In this document: one piece after another, positions 63,688 through 64,000 of the stretch
Layout: the number at the start of each line of letters is the position of its first letter
Numbering within the stretch: position 1 is the stretch's first letter
Assembly (NCBI RefSeq): GCF_009914755.1
Contig: NC_060947.1
Origin: the human T2T-CHM13v2.0 reference genome, Homo sapiens
DNA length: 64,000 nucleotides
Direction: 5' to 3' (one strand)
Position numbers and translations under genes: made by a program
Notes under the pieces: model-generated
What the model was told of the DNA's origin: nothing
Databases searched by the model: none
What the model saw: only the letters and a program-made list of their open reading frames with translations

Positions 63688-64000
63688 GGCCAGGCACAGT
63701 GGCTCATGCCTGTAATCCCAGCACTTTGGGAGGCTGAGGCGTGTGGATCACCTGAGGTTGGAATTTGAGACCAGCTTGAAGAACATGCTGAAACCCCATC
63801 TCCACTAAAAATACAAAAATTAGCTGAGCATGGTGGCATATACCTATAACCCCAGCTACTTGGGAGGCTGAGGCAGAAGAATTGCTTGAACCTGGGAGGC
63901 AGAGGTTGCAGTGAGCCGATCATGCCACTGCACTTCAGCCTGGAAGACAGAGCAACACTCTGTGTTAAAAAAAAAAAAAAAAGGCCAGGCACAGTGGCTC
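63688..64000 (+). mobile_element. AluS followed by the start of another Alu at the window edge
   Basis: Alu consensus 63688-63982; ggccaggcacagtggctc from 63983. Confidence 0.9.

Overview
This is human X-chromosome DNA (Xq21.1) carrying the 3' two-thirds of ATP7A, the Menkes copper-transporting P1B-type ATPase, on the + strand. Sixteen exons (8-23 by standard numbering) splice in frame from 251 to the stop at 35650. A ~4 kb 3'UTR follows, then ~24 kb of repeat-dense intergenic DNA toward PGK1, which lies outside the window. Apart from the ATP7A exons and L1 ORF remnants, the ORF track is mostly chance ORFs, many from Alu, L1 or MaLR repeats. I see no new protein-coding gene and no CRISPR-like or prokaryotic system. 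The most interesting signals are structural. (1) A GC-AG intron 9 and a reconstituted donor at the exon 15/16 junction. (2) Three latent deep-intronic donors, each one base from consensus. (3) A rearranged L1 in intron 14 with a ~350 bp inverted duplication that looks younger than the L1 itself. (4) Two clean twin-primed L1s, one a human-specific pre-Ta L1HS inside a five-layer nest of transposons. (5) An AluYb8 that re-used the target site of an older Alu. (6) A candidate AP-1 enhancer or first exon near 54.2 kb. Repeat subfamily names come from recognising consensus motifs by eye and need RepeatMasker/Dfam confirmation. Exon numbers and variant names are from memory, cross-checked against sequence arithmetic.
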